Below are positions 53,570-62,097 of a stretch of DNA of 64,000 bases, piece by piece. This DNA is from a virus, in IMG/VR virus record IMGVR_UViG_3300018057_000010, positions 15,138 to 79,137 of that record. The stretch is one strand, 5' to 3'. A program made the translations under genes and the position numbers. The notes under the pieces were generated by a model. That model was given only the letters and a program-made list of their open reading frames with translations, was not told where the DNA came from and searched no databases. The first letter of the stretch is position 1. Each line of letters opens with the position of its first letter.

Positions 53570-54277
53570 TTACCATGGAAACCAGTTAATTATTCTATCC
53601 ATCGCCTTTTCGAAGGTATGCAAGACCTCGTTTTTAGGCATGTCGGAGGGAATCTGGGCACGCGTAATTTCGATGAATCGCAGCCGGTCGCCCCAGAACT
53701 CTTTCGACCACCACGGCGGGACGATATTGAGTCGCGTTTCTCCGTGGGAGAGATCGTAATCCTCGAAGACAATTGGCTTTTTGTTTCGCTGGAAAGACGT
53801 CATGCAACTGTAATGGCCGGATTCCGTTATTGCATTCACGACCAGGGAGTCTCTCATATATTTGTCTGGCATATTGGCTATGGATGGGCCAAACCGTTTG
53901 ATCCTCCATTCGTTTGCGAGTCGCATAAACTTGTCGCGATCCCCCTGAACCCGGTCGGACATACTCGTAAAAGGTTCTTTCTTCATGTCGAAATGCGCGA
54001 GACATCCTTCGTTGGTTGTAATGACGGCAGCTGCATCTAAGAACGCCGCAAGAAGGGCGACCGATACCTGTCTTTTCCGCTTCTGCTCCGGCGTTTCCCA
54101 GCTGAAGTCGTAGGGTTCCAGCACCTCTCCGGTTTTGAGCACCAGAATAGCCTGCGATGGCAGCACTCCGGCGCCTCTTTCCTTTGGCATCTCCTTCTCG
54201 TAGGCGGCGACAAGCGCAAGCTTCGCTTTCTCGAATTCCTGCTTAACGATGTCTTCGATGCTGATAATCATCTCCAT
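53570..54277 (-). CDS. Hypothetical protein
   Basis: AGGGAG RBS; long ORF. Confidence 0.6.
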   Translation of the reverse strand: MEMIISIEDIVKQEFEKAKLALVAAYEKEMPKERGAGVLPSQAILVLKTGEVLEPYDFSWETPEQKRKRQVSVALLAAFLDAAAVITTNEGCLAHFDMKKEPFTSMSDRVQGDRDKFMRLANEWRIKRFGPSIANMPDKYMRDSLVVNAITESGHYSCMTSFQRNKKPIVFEDYDLSHGETRLNIVPPWWSKEFWGDRLRFIEITRAQIPSDMPKNEVLHTFEKAMDRIINWFPW

Positions 54278-54340
54278 CTCCCTATGGATTTGCCGGTAAA
54301 AATTTTAGCCCCGCCCGCTTCCACGCGAACGGGGCAAGAT

Positions 54341-54413
54341 GCTCGATAGCCGGATTCGAACCGGCGACCCTCACATTAGAAGTGTGATGCTCTACCAACT
54401 GAGCTAGATCGAA
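54341..54413 (-). tRNA. tRNA-Arg (anticodon TCT)
   Basis: D arm GCTC-AGTTGGTA-GAGC, anticodon arm TCACA-CTTCTAA-TGTGA, T arm GCCGG-TTCGAAT-CCGGC; one acceptor mismatch, no encoded CCA. Confidence 0.85.
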
Positions 54414-54415
54414 TT

Positions 54416-54588
54416 GTTTAGGAGCTTAACGTGCCTAGCCGACCGCCCGAGAACATTTGATCCTGATCACGCTGCTCTACCGCTAAGCTACGAGGCCATA
54501 ATTTTTATGGGGGCCTCGACCGGATTTGAACCGGCGACCGCGTTTTGGAATGTTCCCCGCTCCGGCATATCACAAACTCCCGACAAAC
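54416..54588 (-). ncRNA. Circularly permuted tRNA-like RNA (YrlA/Y-RNA-like)
   Basis: Order T arm, CGAGGCC-C-CCA, 10-nt linker, GGCCTCG, D arm; the anticodon stem extends into a long 5'/3' helix. Confidence 0.7.
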
Positions 54589-54660
54589 CTATTGGGTGAT
54601 AGCCTTAACCTTTTTCACAACGATAACGATAACGACAAACCTGGATTCCCCCTCGCGGGG

Positions 54661-54936
54661 TCACCCAAACTTTTTGAGCCAATCTTGAAGCTGTTCAATG
54701 AGCAGCTTCGCCGAATCCTGATCGAGATCGCACGCTATGGCGACTTTGTCTTTCCCTACGTAATTTGTCATTGTGTCCGACAAGTGTCTCCATGGAATCC
54801 TAAGGTAAACATGGATTTTGTCCAATGGATCGGCAGAGGACTCCACCAGCTGCAGAGATATCTGATGGTCAGCGTAATCGAAATTGGCATCCTCAATCGG
54901 TTCATAACGGACGAAGCCCCGGTCACTTATTTTCAT
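54661..54936 (-). CDS. Hypothetical protein
   Basis: AGGAGG RBS; ESSA...W...LDQDSAKLLIEQLQDW. Confidence 0.6.
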   Translation of the reverse strand: MKISDRGFVRYEPIEDANFDYADHQISLQLVESSADPLDKIHVYLRIPWRHLSDTMTNYVGKDKVAIACDLDQDSAKLLIEQLQDWLKKFG

Positions 54937-54944
54937 AGGCCTCC

Positions 54945-55712
54945 TTAGGACTGCAGGGGCTGGAAGATGTAATCCAGCAGCTTCTTGCCAACCTTATTGC
55001 CATGCACGTCGACTTCCTGCTCGTTGGCCCGCGCCCTGGCGCGAGTGACGGAGCGGATGGTCTTCTCCACACGATCCAACAGCTCCGTTTTTGTCGAAGG
55101 CGTCAACATGGCGCTCCACTCCTGCTCGCGAATCTCGCCCACCGGTTCATCGACGCTCAGCAATTGCGTTTGCGCCTGGAATTTATCGGTGGCCGGAGCT
55201 AGCGTGATGACCTTTGGCTCCTTCTTCGTGCGCGGTTTGACCACATCGCGAGCCTTGTAAACACCCTTCTTAGCATGCTCCGTGTCCAGCTGAAAGCCCT
55301 TGGCCGGATCGAGAGTAGGAATCGCCTGGATCAGCGCCTGAACGTCCTTCAGCCGCTTTTCCAGCTGTAGGAGCGCCGTTGCAGGGACCTGTTTCAGGAT
55401 CGCCGTTTCCTCGTCTTCGATCACCACATCGGCAAAGGCCTGCGTGTTGGCTGTGTCGATGTGGTAACCGGCGTCGATGGCCTTCGCCATGTGTGTCGAG
55501 ATCCACGCGATCTCGTTCGCAACCGTAGTCTGAATCTCTTTCTGTTCTTCGACAACCGTTTTGCTGTTTTCTTCCTTTGCCGTGTATGTCTTCCGCGTTT
55601 CCTCGAAGAGGTGCCGCTTCTTTTCGAAGGTTCCCATCAGATCCTGGCGGAGCTTTTCCGCCTGTCCCTTCAGGTTGCTTTCGACGGCAAGTAACTCGTG
55701 AAGTTTCGCCAT
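54945..55712 (-). CDS. Conserved helical hypothetical protein
   Basis: MAKLHELLAVE...VPATALLQLEK...IPTLDP...ARARAN. Confidence 0.75.
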   Translation of the reverse strand: MAKLHELLAVESNLKGQAEKLRQDLMGTFEKKRHLFEETRKTYTAKEENSKTVVEEQKEIQTTVANEIAWISTHMAKAIDAGYHIDTANTQAFADVVIEDEETAILKQVPATALLQLEKRLKDVQALIQAIPTLDPAKGFQLDTEHAKKGVYKARDVVKPRTKKEPKVITLAPATDKFQAQTQLLSVDEPVGEIREQEWSAMLTPSTKTELLDRVEKTIRSVTRARARANEQEVDVHGNKVGKKLLDYIFQPLQS

Positions 55713-55760
55713 TTCCCTTCTACCTCGTTTCGCTCGATAACCCTAACAACAAATCTGTGA

Positions 55761-55884
55761 ACCTGCAACGCACAATTCAATCCTCACAACCGATAGCCTG
55801 CAACCCGTTCCGGACCGCGCCTTTGCAACTATCTACATCTTCGTCCCTGCAACCGTAATTATGCAATGTAATGCTCCTGCAACC
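55761..55884 (-). CRISPR. Micro-array D: 5-6 minimal repeats
   Basis: CCTGCAAC ending at 55769, 55804, 55853, 55884; TTGCAAC at 55829. Confidence 0.5.
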
Positions 55885-56029
55885 CATAACCCCTTGACTA
55901 TGTCCCGAAAAAGAAGCCGCCCGGTCGTGTACGAGCGGCTCGAAGTTATGCCTATTACTCAGTGAGTCTGTCTGAGAGTAGGTGCTCGTGAAACGACTAT
56001 AACGCAAATGCGAATCTTGACAAGAGCCG

Positions 56030-56542
56030 CTACGAATTTTCCTGTGGAGAGGGATGCGGCAACCAGGAACCCCCGAACAATTCCTTGATCTTTTCCCAGC
56101 TAAGCTTGCGTTTTCTCGGCTCTTTATTGTCGAAGTTGACGGCAAAAAGATAGTAAAGAATAGTGAGCATGCCGCAGTTCAAGTAATAACTGATATCGCT
56201 TGCCAGGGAGTGCGGAGGGAGGAGACCGAGTAGAAACGTCATCGGCTGCAAGAGGACACGAATAAAGATCCAGTCCCAGCCCAGAGTCACATGCATCCTC
56301 CTCTCTCTCGGCATCTGATGCAGAGAGAGAAGCCAAAAGAGAATGACGGAAAGGAGTAGAAATAACTGCCAATGGTGATGCAAATAATAAATGAAAACGC
56401 TTTGCGCCGCCCAGATGCCGATAAGATTCCGCTCCAGGGTTCGCTGGGATATGCTGACCCTTCTTTCCAGCCAAAGCACCAACCGAACCGTAAGCAAAAT
56501 AAGATATGTGTCTGCGATGAGGATGGTTTTCAGGAAAAACAT
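56030..56542 (-). CDS. Multi-pass membrane protein
   Basis: About five hydrophobic segments. Confidence 0.6.
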   Translation of the reverse strand: MFFLKTILIADTYLILLTVRLVLWLERRVSISQRTLERNLIGIWAAQSVFIYYLHHHWQLFLLLSVILFWLLSLHQMPRERRMHVTLGWDWIFIRVLLQPMTFLLGLLPPHSLASDISYYLNCGMLTILYYLFAVNFDNKEPRKRKLSWEKIKELFGGSWLPHPSPQENS

Positions 56543-56593
56543 TCGCTTATCTCACAGCCTTTTACGATCCTGAAAAGTTTACCCCAAAAGCTT

Positions 56594-56869
56594 ACCTGCA
56601 ACCTTCTAATGACGACGAAACGGGAAAGTCCGATTATCGGACTCCCGCCTGCAACACACCACACGTTCCACCATAACCTGCAATCCGGTGATCGTACGCC
56701 TGCAACGAACACTCCCGTGCCTGCAACAGAGTCCAGCTCTTCTTCTTTTTAGCCCGCAACACCTCCACTTCCTTAATCCTGCAACATAGTCCAGTCTTTG
56801 TTGTTCTCAACCTGCAACATCTACCCTTATTTTCCTCTGCGACATTACTCATACCTCCAATTTCGCAAC
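56594..56869 (-). CRISPR. Micro-array E: ~8-10 minimal repeats
   Basis: CCTGCAAC ending at 56602, 56655, 56706, 56727, 56785, 56818 plus variants. Confidence 0.6.
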
Positions 56870-56898
56870 TTGGAGTGGCTCCTTAGCTGATTTTTAAA

Positions 56899-57405
56899 TC
56901 ATCTCGGCTGGGGACAATTATAGGCAATTGCATCGCGAAGTTTACTCAGATCGAAAACGCTGGTAGTCGGAGGCGCGACATATGCCGGGGTGTAACGGAT
57001 AGACACGGACCCGGAATCCAGTAATAAATTAATAAATTTCAGCCGTACCTTTTCGTTTCCTGGATAGGTGAAATGTTTTATATCGTTCACTGAATCCCAG
57101 AGGATCGATTGGCTGGCCCCGTTTATCGTCATATCGAATGTCGATGGCGCGGCTGAACTGTACTCGACGACAGCGCTTTGAGGAGAAAAAAGCAGTTTAT
57201 GTTCGACATTTTTCCCTTTTTTAGAGCAAGCAACTGCTAAATATGGCGATTTTTGTTCCCCAGTAAAAGAGCTATAGGGTTCTTGTGCGTTAACAGTAAG
57301 CATAACGATTCCCTCTGCCCGAGTCACATGTACTTCCTGACCGATACAGAGGCAAGAGGATAATACGATCAAGAATGCTGTAGGTAAATGCTTTCTCGTC
57401 CACAT
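56899..57405 (-). CDS. Secreted hypothetical protein (lower GC)
   Basis: Signal peptide MWTRKHLPTAFLIVLSSCLCIG; F(D)LSKL C-terminus. Confidence 0.6.
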   Translation of the reverse strand: MWTRKHLPTAFLIVLSSCLCIGQEVHVTRAEGIVMLTVNAQEPYSSFTGEQKSPYLAVACSKKGKNVEHKLLFSPQSAVVEYSSAAPSTFDMTINGASQSILWDSVNDIKHFTYPGNEKVRLKFINLLLDSGSVSIRYTPAYVAPPTTSVFDLSKLRDAIAYNCPQPR

Positions 57406-57426
57406 AGATAAAACCTTCCGTTCTTC

Positions 57427-57624
57427 ATAAAAACAGAGCGGCGTCCCGAAGGACGCCGTTCTCAGGTTGCGCACGCGCATTGCCTGTTCGTATAAAAATA
57501 TACATGTTGCCGGTAATGGAAATTCCGTCACATGTTGCAGGTTGACCGTTTTTGGCTTCTAACTCTTTCTTTATTCTTACAACGTACAATCCTGGCCGGT
57601 TGCAGGGTCGACCAAAACTCTACG
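57427..57624 (-). ncRNA. tracrRNA-like gene 2 (anti-repeat ACCGGCAAC, fits the minimal repeat GTTGCAGGT)
   Basis: 57431-57512 is 81/82 identical to 62440-62521; anti-repeat, then hairpins, cUUCGg stem and U tract; promoter upstream. Confidence 0.7.
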
Positions 57625-57630
57625 TTTCCG

Positions 57631-57659
57631 ATACTCCTTGAATCTATAATGTCTGTCAA
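57631..57659 (-). promoter_or_regulatory. Promoter of tracr-like 2, TTGACA-N17-GAGTAT, divergent from cas9
   Basis: Perfect -35; same position relative to the scaffold as the promoter at 62641-62669. Confidence 0.6.
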
Positions 57660-57717
57660 GCAAAAAATTTCGAATTATCTGAAACTACAAAGAAATGCTG
57701 TGCTACAACATTAGGTT

Positions 57718-60700
57718 ATGGTCGCCAAACATAAAGATTACGTTTTAGGGTTACAGATCAATGCGTCCTCTATCGGGTGGGCTGCTGTCCAGTTATCGGA
57801 CAAGGACGATAAGAATCCTGTCGCCTTGATGCACCCCGGCGTGCATCTCTTCGATCCCGGCGTCGAGGGTTCCTTGCTTGAAATCAAGCGAGGGAAGGAT
57901 ATCTCCCGCGCCGTCGCCTACCGTCAGGTAAAACAGTCGCAACGGATACGCGAGCGCCGCTTGGAGCGGGAAACCGAGCTCTTCGCCTTGCTGCAGATGC
58001 AGGGACTTTTGCCTGCCAGCACCAATGGCAGCCCCAAACAGCGTCTCGACACGTTGAATAATTTGGAGCGCGAGCTAGAAAAGGCTCTGGCGGATCGCCA
58101 TCCTCACAACAAGCTGCCCTATATCCTGCGCGCCGATGCCTTGGATCGCCGCCTCAAGCTCTTCGAGCTGGGCCGGATCTTCTATCACCTTGTGCAGCGT
58201 CGCGGATATCAGTCCAACCGGCGCAAACCGGAGAAAGAAGGCCAAGAGGGAGCCGTCAAGCAAGGGATCTCCGAACTCGCCCAGGAGATGCAGAAGCTGA
58301 AAGCTCGCACCTTAGGCGAATACTTCTCCAAAATCGATCCCCAAAAGGTGAAGATCCGCCGCCGCTGGACCTCGCGTCAGATGTATCTCGACGAATTCGA
58401 GCAGATCTGGACCAAACAGCACAAGTATTACCCAGACTTGCTAACCCCGCAGCTGAAAAGCCAGATTCACCGGCTGCTCTTCTTCCAGCGTCCGCTGGCC
58501 TCTGCAAAGCATCTCGTCGGCTTCTGCGAGTTCGAGCCTAAGCAACGCCGCGCTCCGATGTGCAGCATGGAGGCTCAGCGTTTCCGTATGCGGCAACGCA
58601 TCAACGATCTGCGTATTTGCCCCATCGGCCAAGCCGAAGGCTCTCCCTTGACCAAAGAGGAGAAAGAGGCCCTCTATCGGCTGCTGGAGGTCAATCCCCA
58701 GCTCACCTATACCGCCGTCAAAAAGCACTTCGGCTTCCCGAAATCCTCGGAGTTCAATTTCCAGCGCGCCGGAGAAAAACAGATCCTCGGAAATCGCACT
58801 TATGCCCACCATTACAAGGTCTTCGGCGATGCATGGCTCAAGATGACTCCCGAACAACAGGCGGAAACCATCAATATCTGGAATGCCGCCGAAACCGAAA
58901 AACAGCTCGTCACCGCTGGCATGCGCCACTATCTGTTAACCGAAGAGCAGGGAAAACTCTGGGCCAGCGAGTTGCCGGAATCGGGCTATTGTTCTCTGTC
59001 GAAGAAGGCGATCGCCCGCTTAATGCCTCACCTCAACGAAGGCATCGGCTACACTACGGCCGTCGAACGAGAGTACGGCGAGGGAGTACATTTCAAGCCG
59101 ATCCACGAAGAAATCCCTCCCGTTCGCGAGGTCTTCCGCGCTCTGGCGAATCCTGCCGTCGAACGCTCCCTTACGCAGACCCGCAAAATTGTCAACGCCC
59201 TGGTTCGCCGCTATGGCAAGCCGTATCGCATCCATATAGAACTCGGTAACGAACTGCGGCGCAGCCGGAAAGAACGTCAGAATATCCATATCGGCAATAA
59301 GCAGAGAGAGGCTAGCCGCGACAAGCTGCGCGAGCGCGTCAGCGAAGCTACCGGCATCGCCAAACAAAATGTCAGCGGATCGGATATCGAAAAAGTCCAA
59401 TTATGGGACGAGTGCGATGGCTTTTGCCCTTATACCGGCCACAAGATCCCCTTCGATGCTCTCTTTCGCGGCGACGACTGGATGGTGACCAATATCCTTC
59501 CCTTCAACCGCCATCCCGACAATTCCTTCTCGAATAAGACGCTCATCTACGCGCCGGAATTAGCCTCGGTCAAGCGTAACTTCACGCCCTATGAGGCCTA
59601 CGGGAAAAACGAAGACCTCTTCGACGACATCCTCCGCCGCGTCGATCTCTTCAAAGGCGACCTCGCCATCGAGAAATTGCATCGCTTCGAAGTCCGCTCC
59701 CGCGAAGACTTGGAGATCTACACGCAACGCGCCATGAACGACAATCGCTTCGCCACCAAGTGGGCCATGGAGTTAGTCGGCACGCTCTATGGTGGGCGCG
59801 ACGTTCTTCTCCCTCAAGGCGTAACGCGGCGTGCCGTTTGTGGGCGCCCTTCCGCATTGACAGCCTTGGTGCGCCGCAAGTGGGCGCTGAGTGACCTTTA
59901 CCGGGAACTCCCCGACGACTGGCGCGCCCAGACGCTCGATCCCATCGCTATCGCCTGCCTGGACGACGAGATCTTTCATCGCATGACTCGCTATAGCAAG
60001 GATTCGAATGCCATCGAATCCCCTTGGCCGGATTTTATTGACTCGATCCGCTCCCAAGTCGATAGCATCGTCCCTTCCATCCGGGTCGAGAAGAAGCTCA
60101 ACGGAGCCTTACACCAGGAGACGCATTACTCCAAGCCGGTGATCGACGAGCAGGGCCGCTCCTGGGTCACCGTCCGTAAGCCGGTCACGGCCATGAGCAA
60201 ACGCGATATCGAAGCTATCGTCTCCAAGCCCGTTCGGGAGGCTGTGTTGCGCCATTTCCTCGCGCTGGAAGAGGATCTCTCTACCTGCGCCGCTGCGAAT
60301 AACTGGCCGACGATCCAGGTCGGGAAAAGGCCTGCCGTCCCTATCCGGCGCGCCCGCATCCGGAAGGCTCTTACCGTCACCAAGGTAGGCAAAGAAGGCT
60401 TCGAGCGCTACGTCGCCAATGATCGCAATCACCACATGGAGGTCTTCGAAATCGACGATGCCAATGGTCCACGCTATGTCAGCCGCACCGTTTCCCTGCT
60501 GGAAGCAAAAACCCGCTGTAATCGAAAGCAGCCGGTGATCGACGAACGGTTGACTTCGCTCAACGGCGTCTCCGGCCGCCTGCCCAAAGGGGCCAAATAT
60601 AAGCATCTGTTTGTGTGCGCTCTTATGATCGGCGACTTAATCTTGTTACACCGCGATTGCGAGCACGAAAACGATGTCTGCATCCCAGGCATCTATCGCA

Positions 60701-60921
60701 TTCGCGGCATCGCGGCAAATGGACAAGTCACCGTCATGCCGCTCAATGAAACCCGGTCTGCTGTCGAACTCGACAAAGCCCATGAAGGGTGGTCCCCGAA
60801 AGTCGATGCCCTGCGCAAGATGGGCATGGCGCCGGTCAAGGTGGATTTACTTGGAGAACTCCATCCAAATGGTGGCAAGATCGATCTTTTCCAGCCTCGG
60901 AAGGTCGCTACTCACCAATAA
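57718..60921 (+). CDS. cas9: Type II-C-like Cas9, predicted nuclease-dead
   Basis: RuvC-I LGLQINASSIGWA, RRGYQSNR, LFFQRPL, NPAVERSL, RuvC-II IHIEL, HNH-region CPYTG...DNSFSNKTL, LNGALHQET; catalytic D, H, N and H positions substituted. Confidence 0.92.
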   Translation: MVAKHKDYVLGLQINASSIGWAAVQLSDKDDKNPVALMHPGVHLFDPGVEGSLLEIKRGKDISRAVAYRQVKQSQRIRERRLERETELFALLQMQGLLPASTNGSPKQRLDTLNNLERELEKALADRHPHNKLPYILRADALDRRLKLFELGRIFYHLVQRRGYQSNRRKPEKEGQEGAVKQGISELAQEMQKLKARTLGEYFSKIDPQKVKIRRRWTSRQMYLDEFEQIWTKQHKYYPDLLTPQLKSQIHRLLFFQRPLASAKHLVGFCEFEPKQRRAPMCSMEAQRFRMRQRINDLRICPIGQAEGSPLTKEEKEALYRLLEVNPQLTYTAVKKHFGFPKSSEFNFQRAGEKQILGNRTYAHHYKVFGDAWLKMTPEQQAETINIWNAAETEKQLVTAGMRHYLLTEEQGKLWASELPESGYCSLSKKAIARLMPHLNEGIGYTTAVEREYGEGVHFKPIHEEIPPVREVFRALANPAVERSLTQTRKIVNALVRRYGKPYRIHIELGNELRRSRKERQNIHIGNKQREASRDKLRERVSEATGIAKQNVSGSDIEKVQLWDECDGFCPYTGHKIPFDALFRGDDWMVTNILPFNRHPDNSFSNKTLIYAPELASVKRNFTPYEAYGKNEDLFDDILRRVDLFKGDLAIEKLHRFEVRSREDLEIYTQRAMNDNRFATKWAMELVGTLYGGRDVLLPQGVTRRAVCGRPSALTALVRRKWALSDLYRELPDDWRAQTLDPIAIACLDDEIFHRMTRYSKDSNAIESPWPDFIDSIRSQVDSIVPSIRVEKKLNGALHQETHYSKPVIDEQGRSWVTVRKPVTAMSKRDIEAIVSKPVREAVLRHFLALEEDLSTCAAANNWPTIQVGKRPAVPIRRARIRKALTVTKVGKEGFERYVANDRNHHMEVFEIDDANGPRYVSRTVSLLEAKTRCNRKQPVIDERLTSLNGVSGRLPKGAKYKHLFVCALMIGDLILLHRDCEHENDVCIPGIYRIRGIAANGQVTVMPLNETRSAVELDKAHEGWSPKVDALRKMGMAPVKVDLLGELHPNGGKIDLFQPRKVATHQ

Positions 60922-60944
60922 AATCAATGGGCTACAAGATTCCT

Positions 60945-61445
60945 CCTGTAGCCCTGCCTGCTTTCTCGGTAGTCTGCAACGATTAGATATGTTCATGCGA
61001 CAGGAACAAACCTGTAGCCCTGCCTGCTTTCTCGGTAGTCTGCAACTGTGCAAGCAAAGTTATATTAGGTTACGAACCTGTAGCCCTGCCTGCTTTCTCG
61101 GTAGTCTGCAACTGTGCAAGCAAAGTTATATTAGGTTACGAACCTGTAGCCCAGTCTGCTTTCTCGCTAATCTTGCAACGCCTCATTTCCCGTGCAACGC
61201 CCTATGGCTTGCCTGCTTTCCCAATAGTCTGCAACGCAAATTTATGCTTGCAATTCTTGCTGAGTCCTGTAGCCATGGCTTCTCGGTAGCCTGCAAACTC
61301 TACAAATGGCGCATTTCCTGTAGTCCTACTTCCTCTCGCTAGCCTGCTATTTCTGTTGGCATATCGTGATGTCAGTCTATTCTGTATCGCATGCTTACTT
61401 TCTCGCTGTCTGCAACACCAAATGACAATCATCATAGCCTGCAAC
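60945..61445 (-). CRISPR. Array 1: 36-nt repeat GTTGCAGACTACCGAGAAAGCAGGCAGGGCTACAGG, mostly 30-nt spacers
   Basis: Perfect repeats at 60945, 61011, 61077; degenerate at 61143, 61201, 61266, 61317, 61381 and a fragment to 61445; spacers 2 and 3 identical. Confidence 0.92.
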
Positions 61446-61479
61446 CGTTCTGCCTCTTTAGACCAAACGATGTTAACGT

Positions 61480-61515
61480 AAAACGGCCAATGTTTCCACT
61501 GGCCGTTTGTTTGTT
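61480..61515. terminator. Intrinsic terminator (probably bidirectional)
   Basis: aaacggcca...tggccgttt followed by gtttgtt. Confidence 0.6.
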
Positions 61516-61779
61516 ACACCGATTTGTCTAGTAGCTTCTGCTGTGTTTCTTTCGTTTTCCTATCTTGGTTGGCAGGCTGCGGTAGCTTTTCGATTCATGG
61601 GCGCGTTTTCTTGCTTCTCCTTTTGGGAGTTCGCCGCGTTTTTCCATGACGAAGAACTTCTTCCATTGCTTTTTGCTTTCAAATCCAGGCATTATTCCGC
61701 TCCTTTGGGTAGGGATACGGTTGCTACCGGGAGACAAAGCCTGGAGCGATAGGGAATCCGCCAAACGAGCAGTGACTTC

Positions 61780-62007
61780 TTAAACGCTGGCACTGGAAGC
61801 CTTCGGCGTCACGATAGCGGCCTTGGCCACGCCGATCTTGTCGAAGTTTGCGGCCAGGAAATGCACTGTGCCGTAAAACCACGCATAGAACTTACTGCCA
61901 TTGGCGGCGGGTTCCGGCATCGAACGCACCGATCCCGCACAAATCCAGTACAAAGCCACAGAAATCGCTGTTTGATGGGAAAGAATGAAATTCCAAATTG
62001 CTTGCAT
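61780..62007 (-). CDS. Small membrane protein (holin-like)
   Basis: Two hydrophobic segments; AGGGGAG RBS. Confidence 0.5.
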   Translation of the reverse strand: MQAIWNFILSHQTAISVALYWICAGSVRSMPEPAANGSKFYAWFYGTVHFLAANFDKIGVAKAAIVTPKASSASV

Positions 62008-62097
62008 TCGCGCTCCCCTCTTACGAGTGAAGAGGGGTGAAAGCGCGCTATGGATATTTAGCCCGATTTAGCCCGATTTTTCAATAGGAAAGCGCCT

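Noticed and set aside
54416-54588. Permuted tmRNA
   Set aside because: Has a paired D stem, no G3-U70 alanine identity and no room for a tag reading frame
57718-60921. Cas9-guided transposon (CAST) with the IS66 or serine recombinases
   Set aside because: No TnsABC/TniQ; the IS66 is an independent insertion 36 kb away and nothing links the recombinases to cas9
60674-61342. ORFs spanning the CRISPR arrays (also 62843-63482)
   Set aside because: Artefacts of 66-nt repeat-spacer units without stops
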